Source: Candidatus Delongbacteria bacterium
GTDB taxonomy: Bacteria > CAIWAD01
Direction of reading: 5' to 3'
NCBI GenBank assembly: GCA_963663545.1
Contig: OY760505.1
Span: 2,112,001 to 2,176,000 of the forward strand
DNA: 64,000 bases
The position numbers and the translations under genes are program-made. How positions within the stretch are numbered: the first letter of the stretch is position 1; each line of letters begins with the position of its first letter. The notes under the pieces are model-generated. The model was not told where the DNA came from and made no database searches. It saw only the letters and a program-made list of their open reading frames with translations. Shown here in pieces: positions 11,027-21,459 of the stretch.

Positions 11027-11060
11027 ACAGGGCGGAGCGATTCGCCCTGTTTCTGTTTTT
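11027..11060 (+). terminator. Intrinsic terminator
   Basis: ACAGGGCG...CGCCCTGT stem followed by TTCTGTTTTT; overlaps the TGTATCAC copy at 11021. Confidence 0.7.
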
Positions 11061-11076
11061 GTGGTACGCAAAAACG

Positions 11077-11105
11077 TCAACAGCCCGCGGGGAGCGGGCT
11101 GTTGA
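11077..11105 (-). terminator. Hairpin downstream of the RND operon
   Basis: Perfect 12-bp stem TCAACAGCCCGC/GCGGGCTGTTGA with an A-run just 5' on the + strand. Confidence 0.65.
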
Positions 11106-11146
11106 TAGAAGGGAACCGACGGGTAAGGACCAGTGGACCGGGTCCA

Positions 11147-14100
11147 CTAGACGTCGTCGTGGGACAGTTGCGCCATGCGGGCATGGGCACTGCCCTCGTT
11201 GGGGTTGATAAAGCGGCCGAAGATGCGGTTGCAGCGCACGTTGAAGGAGTCAATCAGGCTGTACATCACCGGCACAACGACCAGCGTGAGAACCGTGGCA
11301 ACGGCGAGTCCGAAGATTACGGCTGCAGCCATGCTGCTCCAGAACTGGCTGGAATCGGATTCGGTTACCCAGCGGAAATCGGTGAACTGATAATTGATAC
11401 CTGTTGCCATGGGCACGAGACCAAGAATGGTGGTGATGGCCGTCAGCAGCACGGGGCGTAAACGTGTTACACCCGCCTTGATCAGGGCCTCACGCTTGTT
11501 CAAACCTCGATTGCGCAACTTGATGGTGTAATCCAGCAGCACGATGGCGTTGTTCACAACCACACCGGCCAGACTGATGACACCAACACCGGTCATCACA
11601 ATGCCGAAGGGCTTGTGCATGATCAGCAGACCCATGAAGACACCAATGAGCGATAGCATGACGCTGACGATGATCACCAGCGGTGTTGTGACACTGTTGA
11701 ACTGTAACACGAGCACCATCGCGATGAGGAAGACGGCCATCAGGAAGGCGCCCTCCAGGAACTCGGAGGCTTCTTCCTGATCCTCGCTTGCGCCGGTGAA
11801 CTCCATCTTGTAACCGTGAGGAAGCTCGAAATCGGCAAGCCGCTGCTGCACTTCCAGTAGCACTTCGTTGTCCAGTCGGCCTTCCACATCACCGGAAATA
11901 GTAATGACGCGGTCCTCGTCGATGTGCGTAATCGTGCCGAAGCCGGTGGTCATGACCACATCTGCGACCGAGGAAAGAGGCACCATGTCACCGCCTTCGA
12001 TAACCAGGTGCACGTTCTCAATGTCTTCAATTGTAGTACGCGCCTCAGGAGCAAAACGCACCGTGATGTCCACATCATCGTCACCTTCGCGCCAGGTGCC
12101 TGTTTCCAGGCCATTGAATGCACCGCGCACCGCGCTGGCAATCATACCCGTGGACAGTCCCAGATAAGCTGCACGATCGCGATCGATGACAACCTGAATC
12201 TCTGGCTTGCCGCTGTCGTAGTTGCTCTGCAGGTTCACCAGGCCCGGTGTATCACGCACCGTCTTCATAACCTGATCGGTGAGCGTTCCCAGCATCAGGT
12301 AATCGTCGCCGTGAATCTCGATGTTCACAGGCTTGCCCGTCGGGGGACCCTCTTCCTGCTTTTCAACCGTAATGATGGTGCCCGGCTCGCTGGTGATTGT
12401 CTCACGAATGCTGGCCATCGTCTCGTTTGTGGAGCGGTCGCGGTACTGACGATCGATCATGTCGACGGTGATGCGTCCCTTGTGACTCGGGTTGCCGCCG
12501 CCGGAGAAGATGTCCCCACCCACGCCCGCGCGTGCAACATACGTGCGCACGTTTGGCCAGTCGTGCAGGCGTCCTTCCACGCTCTGCAGGTATTCGTCGG
12601 TTCGTTCTAGTCGTGTACCCGAAGGTTGCTCAAACGATATGGTGACGAGACGCGGGTCTGTGTCCGGGAAGAACTCGAGGCCACGTCCGAAAGCGCCATA
12701 CAGAGCGATCATGCCGACGAGTGACACAAAGGCAAGGAGGATTACGGACAGCCTGTGATCCAATGCCCATGTGATGACGCCGTGATACTTGCGGGCCAGC
12801 CAGGACTGTTCAAAAGCGCTACGCTGCGGACCCGTTGTGTCTTTTCTGCGCACTTTCAGCAGGCTGGCGCAGAAAACGGGATTGACGATCAGGGCTACAA
12901 AGAGCGAAGCCGTCAGTGTGATGATGAGGGTGATGGGCAGAAAGGACATGAACTCGCCCACAATGCCCGGCCAACCCAGCATGGGTATGAATGCACAGAG
13001 CGTGGTCGCGGTCGATGCCGTCACGGCCCAGGCCACCTCACCCACGCCCTTGACGGCAGCAGAGCTGGGGCTGTGTCCCTCTTCCATGAAGCGGTAGATG
13101 TTTTCGACCACCACAATGGCGTTGTCCACCAGCATACCCAGCGCCAGGATCAGGCTGAAGAGCACCACCATGTTGAGTGTGTGTCCAAACACCTGCAGGA
13201 CCCAGAAGCTGATCAGCATCGAGAGCGGAATGGCGGCCGCGACAAAGAGGCTGGTGCGGAAACCCATGAAGAAGACCAGCACGAGGATCACGAGCACAAG
13301 GCCGTTTAGCACGCCGTTCTGCAGGTCATCCACCATCATGCGGATGTCCTTTGACTGGTCGCCGGTGAATGTGACACGCGTCGTGGGCGGCAAATTGGGT
13401 AGCTGCTCGTCGACGATTTCGTGTGCGCGATCGCAAATGCGAATCAAGTTCTCGCCGGCCTTCTTACTGATGTCCAGCGTGATACAATTCTGTCCTTCAA
13501 GCCGTGCGGTCGAAGTCAGATCTTTGTACCCCACACTCACGGTAGCTACGTCGCGGATGTAAACGGGAAAGTGATCGTCGGCCTTAACGACGAAATCTTC
13601 GATCTCGTGCGGATCACTCACTTCGCCCGGAACACGCAGCAGAAAGGAGTAATCGCCCAGATCCATCTCGCCGCCAGGCATGTTGAAGTTCTCGTTGAGG
13701 ATGGCCATTTGCACATCCTCAATGTTCAGGCGGTAGTGACGCAGCCGGTCGGGGTCCACGTTGATCTGAACTTCGCGTTCCAGGCCACCCGAGATCACCA
13801 CATCGAGCACGCCTTCGATCTGCTCGAATTCGTCCTGCAGGTTTTCCGCCACAGTCTTGAGCTGCGCCAGATCGTAATCGGCGGTCAGGTTGACGGAGAT
13901 GATAGGGAAGTCGTCGAAGCTGATCTCCTGAATCAGCGGCTCTTCGGCATCGGAAGGCAGTTCAGGACGCGCCAGGTCTACCTTGTCGCGCACCTTGGCC
14001 ATCATCTCGTCGATGTCAGCGTCGATGTCGAATTCCAGGAAGATCTGGCTCAGGCCGTCCATCGAGCTCGAAGTCATCTCCTGCAGCTCGTTGATCTCGC

Positions 14101-14314
14101 CCAGTTCCTGCTCAATCTTGTTGGTTACCAGCTTCTCCATGTCTTCCGGGCTGGTTCCGTACCAGGACGTGACCACTACGATGTAGGGGATGTTCACGTC
14201 CGGCGAAGACTCGCGCGGCAGTGTCACATAGCTGCGCAAGCCTATCAGCACGAAGAGGAAGACCAGCACGTAGACGGCGGGTCGGTTCTTCAGTGCGTAA
14301 TTGCTGATTTTCAT
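11147..14314 (-). CDS. RND efflux permease (AcrB/AcrD/AcrF family)
   Basis: 1055 aa; LGMLVDNAIVVVENI, GVVVNNAIVLLD, RLRPVLLTAITTILGLVP. Confidence 0.96.
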   Translation of the reverse strand: MKISNYALKNRPAVYVLVFLFVLIGLRSYVTLPRESSPDVNIPYIVVVTSWYGTSPEDMEKLVTNKIEQELGEINELQEMTSSSMDGLSQIFLEFDIDADIDEMMAKVRDKVDLARPELPSDAEEPLIQEISFDDFPIISVNLTADYDLAQLKTVAENLQDEFEQIEGVLDVVISGGLEREVQINVDPDRLRHYRLNIEDVQMAILNENFNMPGGEMDLGDYSFLLRVPGEVSDPHEIEDFVVKADDHFPVYIRDVATVSVGYKDLTSTARLEGQNCITLDISKKAGENLIRICDRAHEIVDEQLPNLPPTTRVTFTGDQSKDIRMMVDDLQNGVLNGLVLVILVLVFFMGFRTSLFVAAAIPLSMLISFWVLQVFGHTLNMVVLFSLILALGMLVDNAIVVVENIYRFMEEGHSPSSAAVKGVGEVAWAVTASTATTLCAFIPMLGWPGIVGEFMSFLPITLIITLTASLFVALIVNPVFCASLLKVRRKDTTGPQRSAFEQSWLARKYHGVITWALDHRLSVILLAFVSLVGMIALYGAFGRGLEFFPDTDPRLVTISFEQPSGTRLERTDEYLQSVEGRLHDWPNVRTYVARAGVGGDIFSGGGNPSHKGRITVDMIDRQYRDRSTNETMASIRETITSEPGTIITVEKQEEGPPTGKPVNIEIHGDDYLMLGTLTDQVMKTVRDTPGLVNLQSNYDSGKPEIQVVIDRDRAAYLGLSTGMIASAVRGAFNGLETGTWREGDDDVDITVRFAPEARTTIEDIENVHLVIEGGDMVPLSSVADVVMTTGFGTITHIDEDRVITISGDVEGRLDNEVLLEVQQRLADFELPHGYKMEFTGASEDQEEASEFLEGAFLMAVFLIAMVLVLQFNSVTTPLVIIVSVMLSLIGVFMGLLIMHKPFGIVMTGVGVISLAGVVVNNAIVLLDYTIKLRNRGLNKREALIKAGVTRLRPVLLTAITTILGLVPMATGINYQFTDFRWVTESDSSQFWSSMAAAVIFGLAVATVLTLVVVPVMYSLIDSFNVRCNRIFGRFINPNEGSAHARMAQLSHDDV

Positions 14315-14346
14315 CCTAGCATTCCTTCCAAGGGAGATTCGCGCTG

Positions 14347-15447
14347 CTAGCGGCCCGGAGCTTCCTGAATGTCTACCGGCTGGCCGTCCACCAGATTGCG
14401 GAAGCCGCTTACCACCAACTGATCACCAGCGGACAATCCCTTGAGGACCTCCACCTTGTCGCCTTCGCGATTTCCCAGGCTAACCTGGCGCTGCTGGGCG
14501 CGGCCCTGCTCGACCACGAAGACGAAATTCTGCTCACGCGTTTTCTGCACCACTGAAATGGGCACAACAATGGCGTTCTGGTTGGTCGTCCGTTGTAGGC
14601 GGACTTCACACACCATGCCCGGACGAATACTGCGGTCCGCGTGCAGACTGATCTCAACGGGCAGCGTGCGGCTGCGTGACTCAATAACAGTGCCTACCCA
14701 CGAGACGGTGCTCTCCTGGCTGAAGCCGGCCTCTGTGATACTCAGGCTGACGGGGTTGCCCACTTCTACTGTGTAGGCCTGGTTCTCCGGCACACCACAG
14801 GTGACCTTGAGCTGATCTTCCTGCACCAGACGAATCAGGGGCGTTCCTGGTGATACAAGCTCACCAACGTCGACGTGCCGCTCGGCCACCGTACCAGCAA
14901 AGGGTGCCAGCACGAAGCAGTTCTCGAGTTGAACGCGCGCCGTCTGGACTTGCGCCTCGGCAATACGCAGACCGTTACCCGCTTTGTGGAAGTCGCTCTC
15001 GGAAATACCCTGACCGGACTCGTAGAGCTTGCGGGCGATTTCGTAATCCAGGCCAGCGTTTTCCAGGCTGGCTTCTGCTGTGGCAAGCTGGGCCTCGAGC
15101 ATGCGACTGTCGATGTGCAGCAGTGTATCACCGCGCTGAACATGAGCCCCTTTACGGGCGACAACACGACGTAGCACGCCGGACGTCTCGGAGCTGATCA
15201 ACGCATTCTGCAGAGCATCAACTTCGCCAACCAGCAGCAAGTGGCTGGCGAAGGCACCGGGCTGAATCTGTGATACAGCGACCGGCGCGACGGTCTCGTG
15301 AGACAAACCTTCCACGACACCCTCGGAGCGTCCATCGCCCTGCTCTTCCTTGTGGGAACAGGCGGGAATGGCAAATGAAAGCGCCAACACCAGCGCAATG
15401 CCTCCGACGGTGTACCACGTCTTGTTGTGGTGTGTATTCTTGGCCAT
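14347..15447 (-). CDS. RND periplasmic adaptor (membrane fusion protein)
   Basis: Lipoyl/barrel motifs APFAGTV...VDVGELV, IRPGM, GLSAGDQLVVSG; lipoprotein-like PAC. Confidence 0.93.
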   Translation of the reverse strand: MAKNTHHNKTWYTVGGIALVLALSFAIPACSHKEEQGDGRSEGVVEGLSHETVAPVAVSQIQPGAFASHLLLVGEVDALQNALISSETSGVLRRVVARKGAHVQRGDTLLHIDSRMLEAQLATAEASLENAGLDYEIARKLYESGQGISESDFHKAGNGLRIAEAQVQTARVQLENCFVLAPFAGTVAERHVDVGELVSPGTPLIRLVQEDQLKVTCGVPENQAYTVEVGNPVSLSITEAGFSQESTVSWVGTVIESRSRTLPVEISLHADRSIRPGMVCEVRLQRTTNQNAIVVPISVVQKTREQNFVFVVEQGRAQQRQVSLGNREGDKVEVLKGLSAGDQLVVSGFRNLVDGQPVDIQEAPGR

Positions 15448-15464
15448 GATATCCTCTGTGTTCC

Positions 15465-16874
15465 TTAGTTCGTTGTCAGGATTTCGACGCCGTCCAGCTC
15501 GCCCAGTGCGTGCAGGAAGTTGATGCGCGCCGTAATCAGGTCGTAGCGGGCCTGGGCCAAATTTGCGCGTGCTGCCTTCATTGCCGTGCGTGCATCACGC
15601 AGCTCGATTTCACTGCCGGCTCCGCCGTCGCGACGCATGCGTGCGATGCGCAAACCTTCTTCGGCTGCTTCTGCGTTACGTTCCCAGGCTGCGTAATCCA
15701 GCAGACGCCGCTCGAGCTCGCGTCCGATGAACTCCACCTCGATGCGAATCTGGTCTTCCATCATCGACTTGTCCTCGCCCGCCTTGCGCAGATCCTGTTT
15801 GGCGGATTTGATGCGCGCATAGCGACCCAGGCCCGTGAAAATGGGTAGACTAACGTTGATTCCGGCATTCCACGAGTTATGCCACTCATCGCTAATGCCA
15901 AACATATCGCCCGGCCTGGCGCGCTCCAGATTGTAGAAGGCGGCTACCGTTGGCAACAATTCGGCCTGATAGGAGCGCAACCCGCGCTTGTAACCCTCTA
16001 CACTCTGCTGCGTGATACGCATCTCAGGGCGTTGCTGTAATGCGCGTTTCTGCAAGTCGGGCAGCCAGTCTGCGGTAAGTTCTCCATGCCCCTGGGTTTC
16101 GCCAGCTTCTGCACTGAAGCGAGTAAGGACCTCGTCTTGCAGATCAAAGCCATGAATCTCGAGTCGTGTCCCCGAAGGCAGATTGAGCATCAAGCGCAGC
16201 GAGCTCTCGGCGTAATCTAGTCCGTTTTCCGCCTCGCGCAGCGCTGGTATCGAATTCATGTATTCGACTTCATTGCGCAGCAGGTCGTAGCGCGACAACG
16301 ATCCAATCTCGTGCAGCAGTGTCGCGTCTTCGTAGCGGGCGCGGGCCTGTGCTACAACTTCCTCGTTCAAGTCCACCAGCTCACGAAGCAGTTGCACTTG
16401 CGCGTACTGCTCCAGAAAGCTGCGAATCAGCCCCGCACGCGTGCTACGCAATTGAGCTTCCGCTACCTCGCGATAGCTGCGCGCAGCGCCAATGGCGTAG
16501 AAGACCTGGCCGGAGAAGAGAAGCTGCGTGGCACCCAGACTGTAGCTGTAGGTATTGCTTGCTGGCGTCATCGAAAGCGAATCCGATAAAGAGATTCCCT
16601 CCGTGTTCCCCAGACGAGTTGCCGTGTACCCCAGGTCTACCTGCGGAAGTGCGCTGGAGCCCGTTTCCATGACTCGCAGCCGGGCCTGTTCAAGATCAGC
16701 CAGCGCCTTCTGGTAGTCGCGATTGTTGGCCAGCAGGTAGTCGACGGACTCGGATACGGACATCGAGAAGACCTCGGCCCGAAGGGTAGCTTTTGCAGGA
16801 AGGCACGCGAGCACGCCTAGTGCTACAAGGGCCAGCGTCGCGTTTCTGATTCTGTGTATCACATTTCTATTCAC
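15465..16874 (-). CDS. TolC-family outer membrane efflux protein
   Basis: Twofold repeat (LPQVDL/LPTVAA, WNAGINVSLPIFTG); probable GTG start at 16874 after AGGAGA. Confidence 0.9.
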   Translation of the reverse strand: MNRNVIHRIRNATLALVALGVLACLPAKATLRAEVFSMSVSESVDYLLANNRDYQKALADLEQARLRVMETGSSALPQVDLGYTATRLGNTEGISLSDSLSMTPASNTYSYSLGATQLLFSGQVFYAIGAARSYREVAEAQLRSTRAGLIRSFLEQYAQVQLLRELVDLNEEVVAQARARYEDATLLHEIGSLSRYDLLRNEVEYMNSIPALREAENGLDYAESSLRLMLNLPSGTRLEIHGFDLQDEVLTRFSAEAGETQGHGELTADWLPDLQKRALQQRPEMRITQQSVEGYKRGLRSYQAELLPTVAAFYNLERARPGDMFGISDEWHNSWNAGINVSLPIFTGLGRYARIKSAKQDLRKAGEDKSMMEDQIRIEVEFIGRELERRLLDYAAWERNAEAAEEGLRIARMRRDGGAGSEIELRDARTAMKAARANLAQARYDLITARINFLHALGELDGVEILTTN

Positions 16875-16891
16875 GATCTCTCCTGAAATCC

Positions 16892-17506
16892 TCAAGCTTG
16901 GCAGATACCGGTAAAGATGACGTCAAGCTGATGTTGGAAGAACTCCTTGACGTCGCCCTGGATGAAGTGGAACATCACGTTGTGCATGTAGATGTAGAAG
17001 CAAGACATCAGCAGGCTTGTGGTGGCGATGCGATCCAGCCCCAGACGGAAGTCGCCGGAGCGCTGACCGTCCTGCACCAGCTTGTCCAGCGCTTCCATCA
17101 ACAGGTGATCCTCGCCTTTACAGGGGCACTCACCGTCCTTTTCCTGCATCGGGTCGTATTCCAGCGAGCGCGGCAGCTCGAGCGTGGGATCAACCAGATA
17201 GAAGCGGGCGACTACCGGGTGCTTCTCGAGCGTGCTGATGCCCTGCAGGATGAAGCGCTCGATGCATTCGCGAGCGGATCCTTTGCAGTTCGCGGCTTCG
17301 CCCAGATCGCGCTCCATCTCTATCCGATAGCGATCGATGACGGAGCGGAAGAGTTCATCCTTGCTGTCGAAATATGTGTAAACACTACCCTTGGACATGC
17401 GACCGGCACGGGCGATATCGTCCATGGAACTACGTCTGTAGCCAAAACGCTCGAAGCACTCCTCGGCAGCGTCCAGAATTTGATCTCGCTTTTCTGGTAG
17501 AGCCAT
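16892..17506 (-). CDS. TetR/AcrR family regulator
   Basis: ILDAAEECFERFGY...IARAGRMSKGSVYTYFDSKDELF; heads the efflux operon. Confidence 0.95.
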   Translation of the reverse strand: MALPEKRDQILDAAEECFERFGYRRSSMDDIARAGRMSKGSVYTYFDSKDELFRSVIDRYRIEMERDLGEAANCKGSARECIERFILQGISTLEKHPVVARFYLVDPTLELPRSLEYDPMQEKDGECPCKGEDHLLMEALDKLVQDGQRSGDFRLGLDRIATTSLLMSCFYIYMHNVMFHFIQGDVKEFFQHQLDVIFTGICQA

Positions 17507-17537
17507 TGGTGAACCCTTGTTTCGATTGAACTGAAAC

Positions 17538-17586
17538 GACCAAATCGGTTCATCTGGTCAAATTGGACAAAACGGCCCAAAGTGTC
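17538..17586. promoter_or_regulatory. Possible tandem TetR operators
   Basis: Two similar imperfect palindromes, GACCA-N12-TGGTC and GACA-N13-TGTC, just upstream of tetR. Confidence 0.35.
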
Positions 17587-17650
17587 GCAATGGACGAGCG
17601 AAGAGTCAATAGCGCACAAGACAAAACGCATCGTTGTTGTGAAAATTTCT

Positions 17651-17799
17651 CACTACAACTCGGGTGAAAGGGAAAGCCAGCGGAGGTGACACTTTGCTGA
17701 GGAAGTAATAGGTTGTGCGCTCGTCCCGGAGGAGGACCGGAAGGCCGGCCCCGGCGGAGACGCACGCCCGGGCGGAGTTTCCGCGGGCACTGTAGGTGG
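17651..17799 (+). ncRNA. Putative structured 5' leader of panD (family unassigned)
   Basis: Hairpins CAGCGGAG/CTTTGCTG and GCGGAGAC/GTTTCCGC; terminal CACTACA/TGTAGGTG pairing. Confidence 0.3.
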
Positions 17800-17807
17800 T
17801 ATCAGGC

Positions 17808-18173
17808 ATGACCATTTCCGTTTTGAAGTCGAAGATTCATCTGGCGCGTGTTACAGACACGCGTCTCACATACAATGGCAGCCTCGAGGTCGATCCCGAC
17901 ATCTTTGAGGAAGCAGGTATCGTGGCTTACGAGAAGGTGCTGGTAGGCAACATGACCAACGGCCAGCGCTTCGAGACCTACATCATCCCCGGTACGCGCG
18001 GCAGTCGCGTTGTATCACCCAACGGTGGCGTCGCACGCCTTTGCGAGCGTGGTGATCAGCTTGTTGTGATGAGCTTCGCGCAGATTGAGCCGGGCGAAAG
18101 CCTGGTTCCCAAGGTGATTGTGCTGGATGAACACAACACCATCGTCGAGCGTCCGGACTATCGTCTGGATTAA
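17808..18173 (+). CDS. panD: Aspartate 1-decarboxylase
   Basis: LKSKIH, Y-N-G-S autocleavage site, NGQRFETY, NGGVAR. Confidence 0.95.
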   Translation: MTISVLKSKIHLARVTDTRLTYNGSLEVDPDIFEEAGIVAYEKVLVGNMTNGQRFETYIIPGTRGSRVVSPNGGVARLCERGDQLVVMSFAQIEPGESLVPKVIVLDEHNTIVERPDYRLD

Positions 18174-18177
18174 TTCG

Positions 18178-18891
18178 ATGCGCACACTCGTTTTTTTGTT
18201 CTTGTTCTTGCCGGTTTTCAGCTTGGCACAGGATGATCTCAACCCTTTGACGAATCCAGGCAGGCCTGAGCTGGGCGAGCTAAGCTTGCCTGCGCTAAGC
18301 GTCGAGGATTCCCTTGAAATGGTGGCCTCTGTAGAACGGATGGCCGACAGTCTGCGGATCGGGATTCGCGAGCTGCAATTGCTTTGGCGAGAGCATCAGC
18401 AGATGCCAACCGATTCCATCAAACGCGTAGTGCAGTTCGGCCATGGACGCAACTGGCACGACTACGCGCTGGATCGGGCGCCGCGACGTGGTATGACCGG
18501 CCAGGAATGGATTCTGATCGGTCACATGTTCGGCTGGCTCTACCGGTTTGAAGTGCAGAACGCGTTTCAGAACCAGCTGAACGCTTACCGCTGGGCCGCC
18601 ATGGATCCGGACTACGAGTACGACGCAAGCATGCTGCTGCTAAACAACTACCACGAGGCGGGCTTTGCACCGGGAATGCTGGACGCCTGTCAGCGGCTGA
18701 TGAACCTTGATCGCGAGAAGGCAATTGTAGATGGCGTTGAAAAAGAGATCGCCATTGCCTACTACATCGTTGGAGATCGCAAGGCTGCTTTGAAGTGGAT
18801 CAAAGCCTACCGGAGGCGCGAGCTGGACCACGATAGGCAGTCCGAGGCTGACAACCTCTACGAACGGATTCGCAGCCTGCCGAAGAACTGA
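18178..18891 (+). CDS. Exported hypothetical protein, TPR-like C-terminus
   Basis: Signal peptide MRTLVFLFLFLPVFSLA; IAIAYYIVGDRKAALKW is TPR-like. Confidence 0.55.
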   Translation: MRTLVFLFLFLPVFSLAQDDLNPLTNPGRPELGELSLPALSVEDSLEMVASVERMADSLRIGIRELQLLWREHQQMPTDSIKRVVQFGHGRNWHDYALDRAPRRGMTGQEWILIGHMFGWLYRFEVQNAFQNQLNAYRWAAMDPDYEYDASMLLLNNYHEAGFAPGMLDACQRLMNLDREKAIVDGVEKEIAIAYYIVGDRKAALKWIKAYRRRELDHDRQSEADNLYERIRSLPKN

Positions 18892-18915
18892 TCGAAGACC
18901 AATTCGATGTATCAC

Positions 18916-18948
18916 AAGGGTCGCAGCCAGTCGCTTGCGGCCCTTTTT
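18916..18948 (+). terminator. Intrinsic terminator
   Basis: AAGGGTCGCA...TGCGGCCCTTTTT; directly preceded by TGTATCAC at 18908. Confidence 0.6.
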
Positions 18949-19243
18949 GCATTTCGCCTCCGCCAAGCGCGGTTTTCCTCGCACCATGCTTAGCGCTTTG
19001 CTATCTATTTCAGGTCCGCGACGAACCGGAACTCGAAGCGGATACAGTCCGACGACCTGAAAGAGACAACAGCCTTTTGGCTATTTCGGCGTGCGCGATA
19101 AACGGGTTGCTTTTGGTCGCCAATTCGACTGGAGATTCTCCACGTTGAGTGTCTGAGGGAGCCTGCCGCGGCTTAAGCGGTGTCTCTGCTGCCCGTTTGC
19201 GTGCGCCTATGTGAATCTGACCGGCACACATCAGGAGGAAGCA

Positions 19244-21430
19244 ATGTTTGCACGATGGCTAGTTACGGCCATGCTTCTTGCTACAAGCGCATTGGCCCAG
19301 TGGCAGCAGGTTGAGGTCGTGCTCCGTGATCAAGACGATTTGCGTGATCTGGGAACAGCCCTGGGCGGCGTGGATGTCTGCGGGCTAGTACACACGGAGC
19401 GCGGTGTCAGTTTGCCCCTCAGTGCACGGCAAGTGGAATTGCTGCGTGATACAGGCTTCGATTTTGCGGTGCAGATTGCCGATCTGGAGGCGCTGTTTGC
19501 AGAGCGGCTATCCACGCGTGAGTACGGCGCGTATCACACGCCTGATGAAGCTTACGCTACAATTGACTCCCTGGAGGCCCTGCACCCAAATATCATCGGC
19601 CCGCGCGTATCCATCGGAACATCGCTTGAAGGGCGCGACATCTGGGCTATTCGTGTTTCTGACAACCCCACTCTGGACGAAGGTGAACCCGCAGCGCTGA
19701 TCAATTCCTACATCCATGCGCGCGAGGCGATTACGCTGGAAGTCGTGTTACATTTTCTAGAGTACTTGATTGACGGCTACGGAATCGATTCGCGTGTCAC
19801 ACGTCTGGTGGATGAACGGGAGATCTGGTTTGTACCGGTGGTCAATCCCGATGGCGTTGCGTACAACATTCAGACCAATCCCAATGGCGGCGGCATGTGG
19901 CGCAAGAATCGCCGAAACAACGGTGACGGCAACTTCGGCGTGGACCTCAATCGCAACTTCGGCTATGGCTGGGGATGGGATGACGAGGGCTCCAGTCCCT
20001 ACACATGGAGTACGACATATCGCGGTAGTGGTCCCTTCAGCGAACCGGAGACACAGGTCTATCGCGACTTCATCAACAGCCGTAACATCCGCGCTTCTCT
20101 CACGTATCACAGCTATAGCAACCTGGTGATCTATCCCTGGGATTACGTGGATGTACACACGCCGGATCACGCCACCTTTAATCGGGTGTCCGCGCTCATG
20201 ACCGAAGAAAATGGCTACTACTGTGGCACGGCCTACGACGCGGTGGGCTATCTGACCAATGGCGGAACCGAGGACTGGCTCTATGGTGACACACTGGAAC
20301 ACGACCCCGTTCTGTGCTTCACGGTTGAAGTGGGCAGTTACAGCGATAACTTCTGGCCATCCGAAAGCCGTATCGAACCGCTTTGCGAAGAGAACATGGA
20401 GCTGCTGATGCGCTTCCTTGAAGCCGGGCGCGATTTCTATGGCACATGGCCGCCAGCGACTCCTTGTATCACATCAGGTTTACCAGACAATCACCGTTAC
20501 ACCTTGTCTTGGGAAACCCCTGATCCCATGCCACAGAATGAGGCTGTGTCTTACGATCTGTGCCGGGTAAGTGGCTATCAAGACACCGGTGCCGATGCGA
20601 TGAACAACACGGATCGCTGGTCCGGTAGTTGGCGATTGAGTTCGGTGAGTAGTTACTCTGCGCCGACATGCCTGCACTCCTATCCGGAGGACCGCAACCA
20701 GGATAACGAGTGGATCATGCAACTGTCCGCCGATGTTGAAGTGGCGCTTGGACAGCTGGTGGAGTGCCAGATGAAGAGCTCCCTGACGCTGTATCACGAG
20801 TATCTCTATCTGGAAGTGAGTACCGATGGTTGCGAGTGGACGCCCGTTGATGGCGACCATACAACAGCTCTTGATCCCTACGGGATAAGCGATGGCCCAG
20901 CCATTACCGGCTATATGAACGATTGGACCCTGGTAAGCTGGTCACTGGCTGACTATGTCGGTGAGTGCGTGTACTTGCGTCTGCGTCAGACGGCGCCCGA
21001 GGGAACACCGTCCGAGGGCGTCTACATTGATGACTTTTCTCCTGCCCCTGTCTGGATGAATATCGAGGAAACATTGGCAGACATTGCCGACACATCTGCG
21101 CTTGTATCACAGTACGGCGAGGACACAGGATGGATGGTTCGTGCGCAGGATGCCGACGAGCAGACAAGTTGCTGGTCGGTTGTTGCACGGCCCGGTAACG
21201 ATCCCTGGATGCAGTCGCCCGCGATGAGCATCGAGTATCGGTCGGCATCATCAAGTTTCCTGATCAGTTGGGTGGCGGTTGCAACCGCTGTCGAATACAG
21301 GGTGGAGAAGGCGACCAGCATGCAGGGGCCCTGGGAGGAGCTGCTTGTGACCTCCGGGCTTAGCTGCAGTGAGCAACGTGATACAAGCCAACAGGGCTTC
21401 TATCGTGTTACAGCGATTGGCGTGGAATAG
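19244..21430 (+). CDS. Secreted M14 zinc carboxypeptidase (carboxypeptidase T-like) with jelly-roll and C-terminal FN3-like domains
   Basis: IHARE, WRKNR, DLNRNF, YHSYS, FTVEVG all intact; AGGAGG RBS. Confidence 0.92.
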   Translation: MFARWLVTAMLLATSALAQWQQVEVVLRDQDDLRDLGTALGGVDVCGLVHTERGVSLPLSARQVELLRDTGFDFAVQIADLEALFAERLSTREYGAYHTPDEAYATIDSLEALHPNIIGPRVSIGTSLEGRDIWAIRVSDNPTLDEGEPAALINSYIHAREAITLEVVLHFLEYLIDGYGIDSRVTRLVDEREIWFVPVVNPDGVAYNIQTNPNGGGMWRKNRRNNGDGNFGVDLNRNFGYGWGWDDEGSSPYTWSTTYRGSGPFSEPETQVYRDFINSRNIRASLTYHSYSNLVIYPWDYVDVHTPDHATFNRVSALMTEENGYYCGTAYDAVGYLTNGGTEDWLYGDTLEHDPVLCFTVEVGSYSDNFWPSESRIEPLCEENMELLMRFLEAGRDFYGTWPPATPCITSGLPDNHRYTLSWETPDPMPQNEAVSYDLCRVSGYQDTGADAMNNTDRWSGSWRLSSVSSYSAPTCLHSYPEDRNQDNEWIMQLSADVEVALGQLVECQMKSSLTLYHEYLYLEVSTDGCEWTPVDGDHTTALDPYGISDGPAITGYMNDWTLVSWSLADYVGECVYLRLRQTAPEGTPSEGVYIDDFSPAPVWMNIEETLADIADTSALVSQYGEDTGWMVRAQDADEQTSCWSVVARPGNDPWMQSPAMSIEYRSASSSFLISWVAVATAVEYRVEKATSMQGPWEELLVTSGLSCSEQRDTSQQGFYRVTAIGVE

Positions 21431-21459
21431 TCTGAATCGCTACTGATTGAAGCTGTGTG

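Noticed and set aside
17636..17655. Rex/CRP-like site TTGTGAAAATTTCTCAC
   Set aside because: Half-site spacing is one base off for both consensus sequences.
17730..17752. SRP RNA (AGGACCGGAAGG resembles helix 8)
   Set aside because: The required downstream AGCAG is absent (CCGGCC instead).
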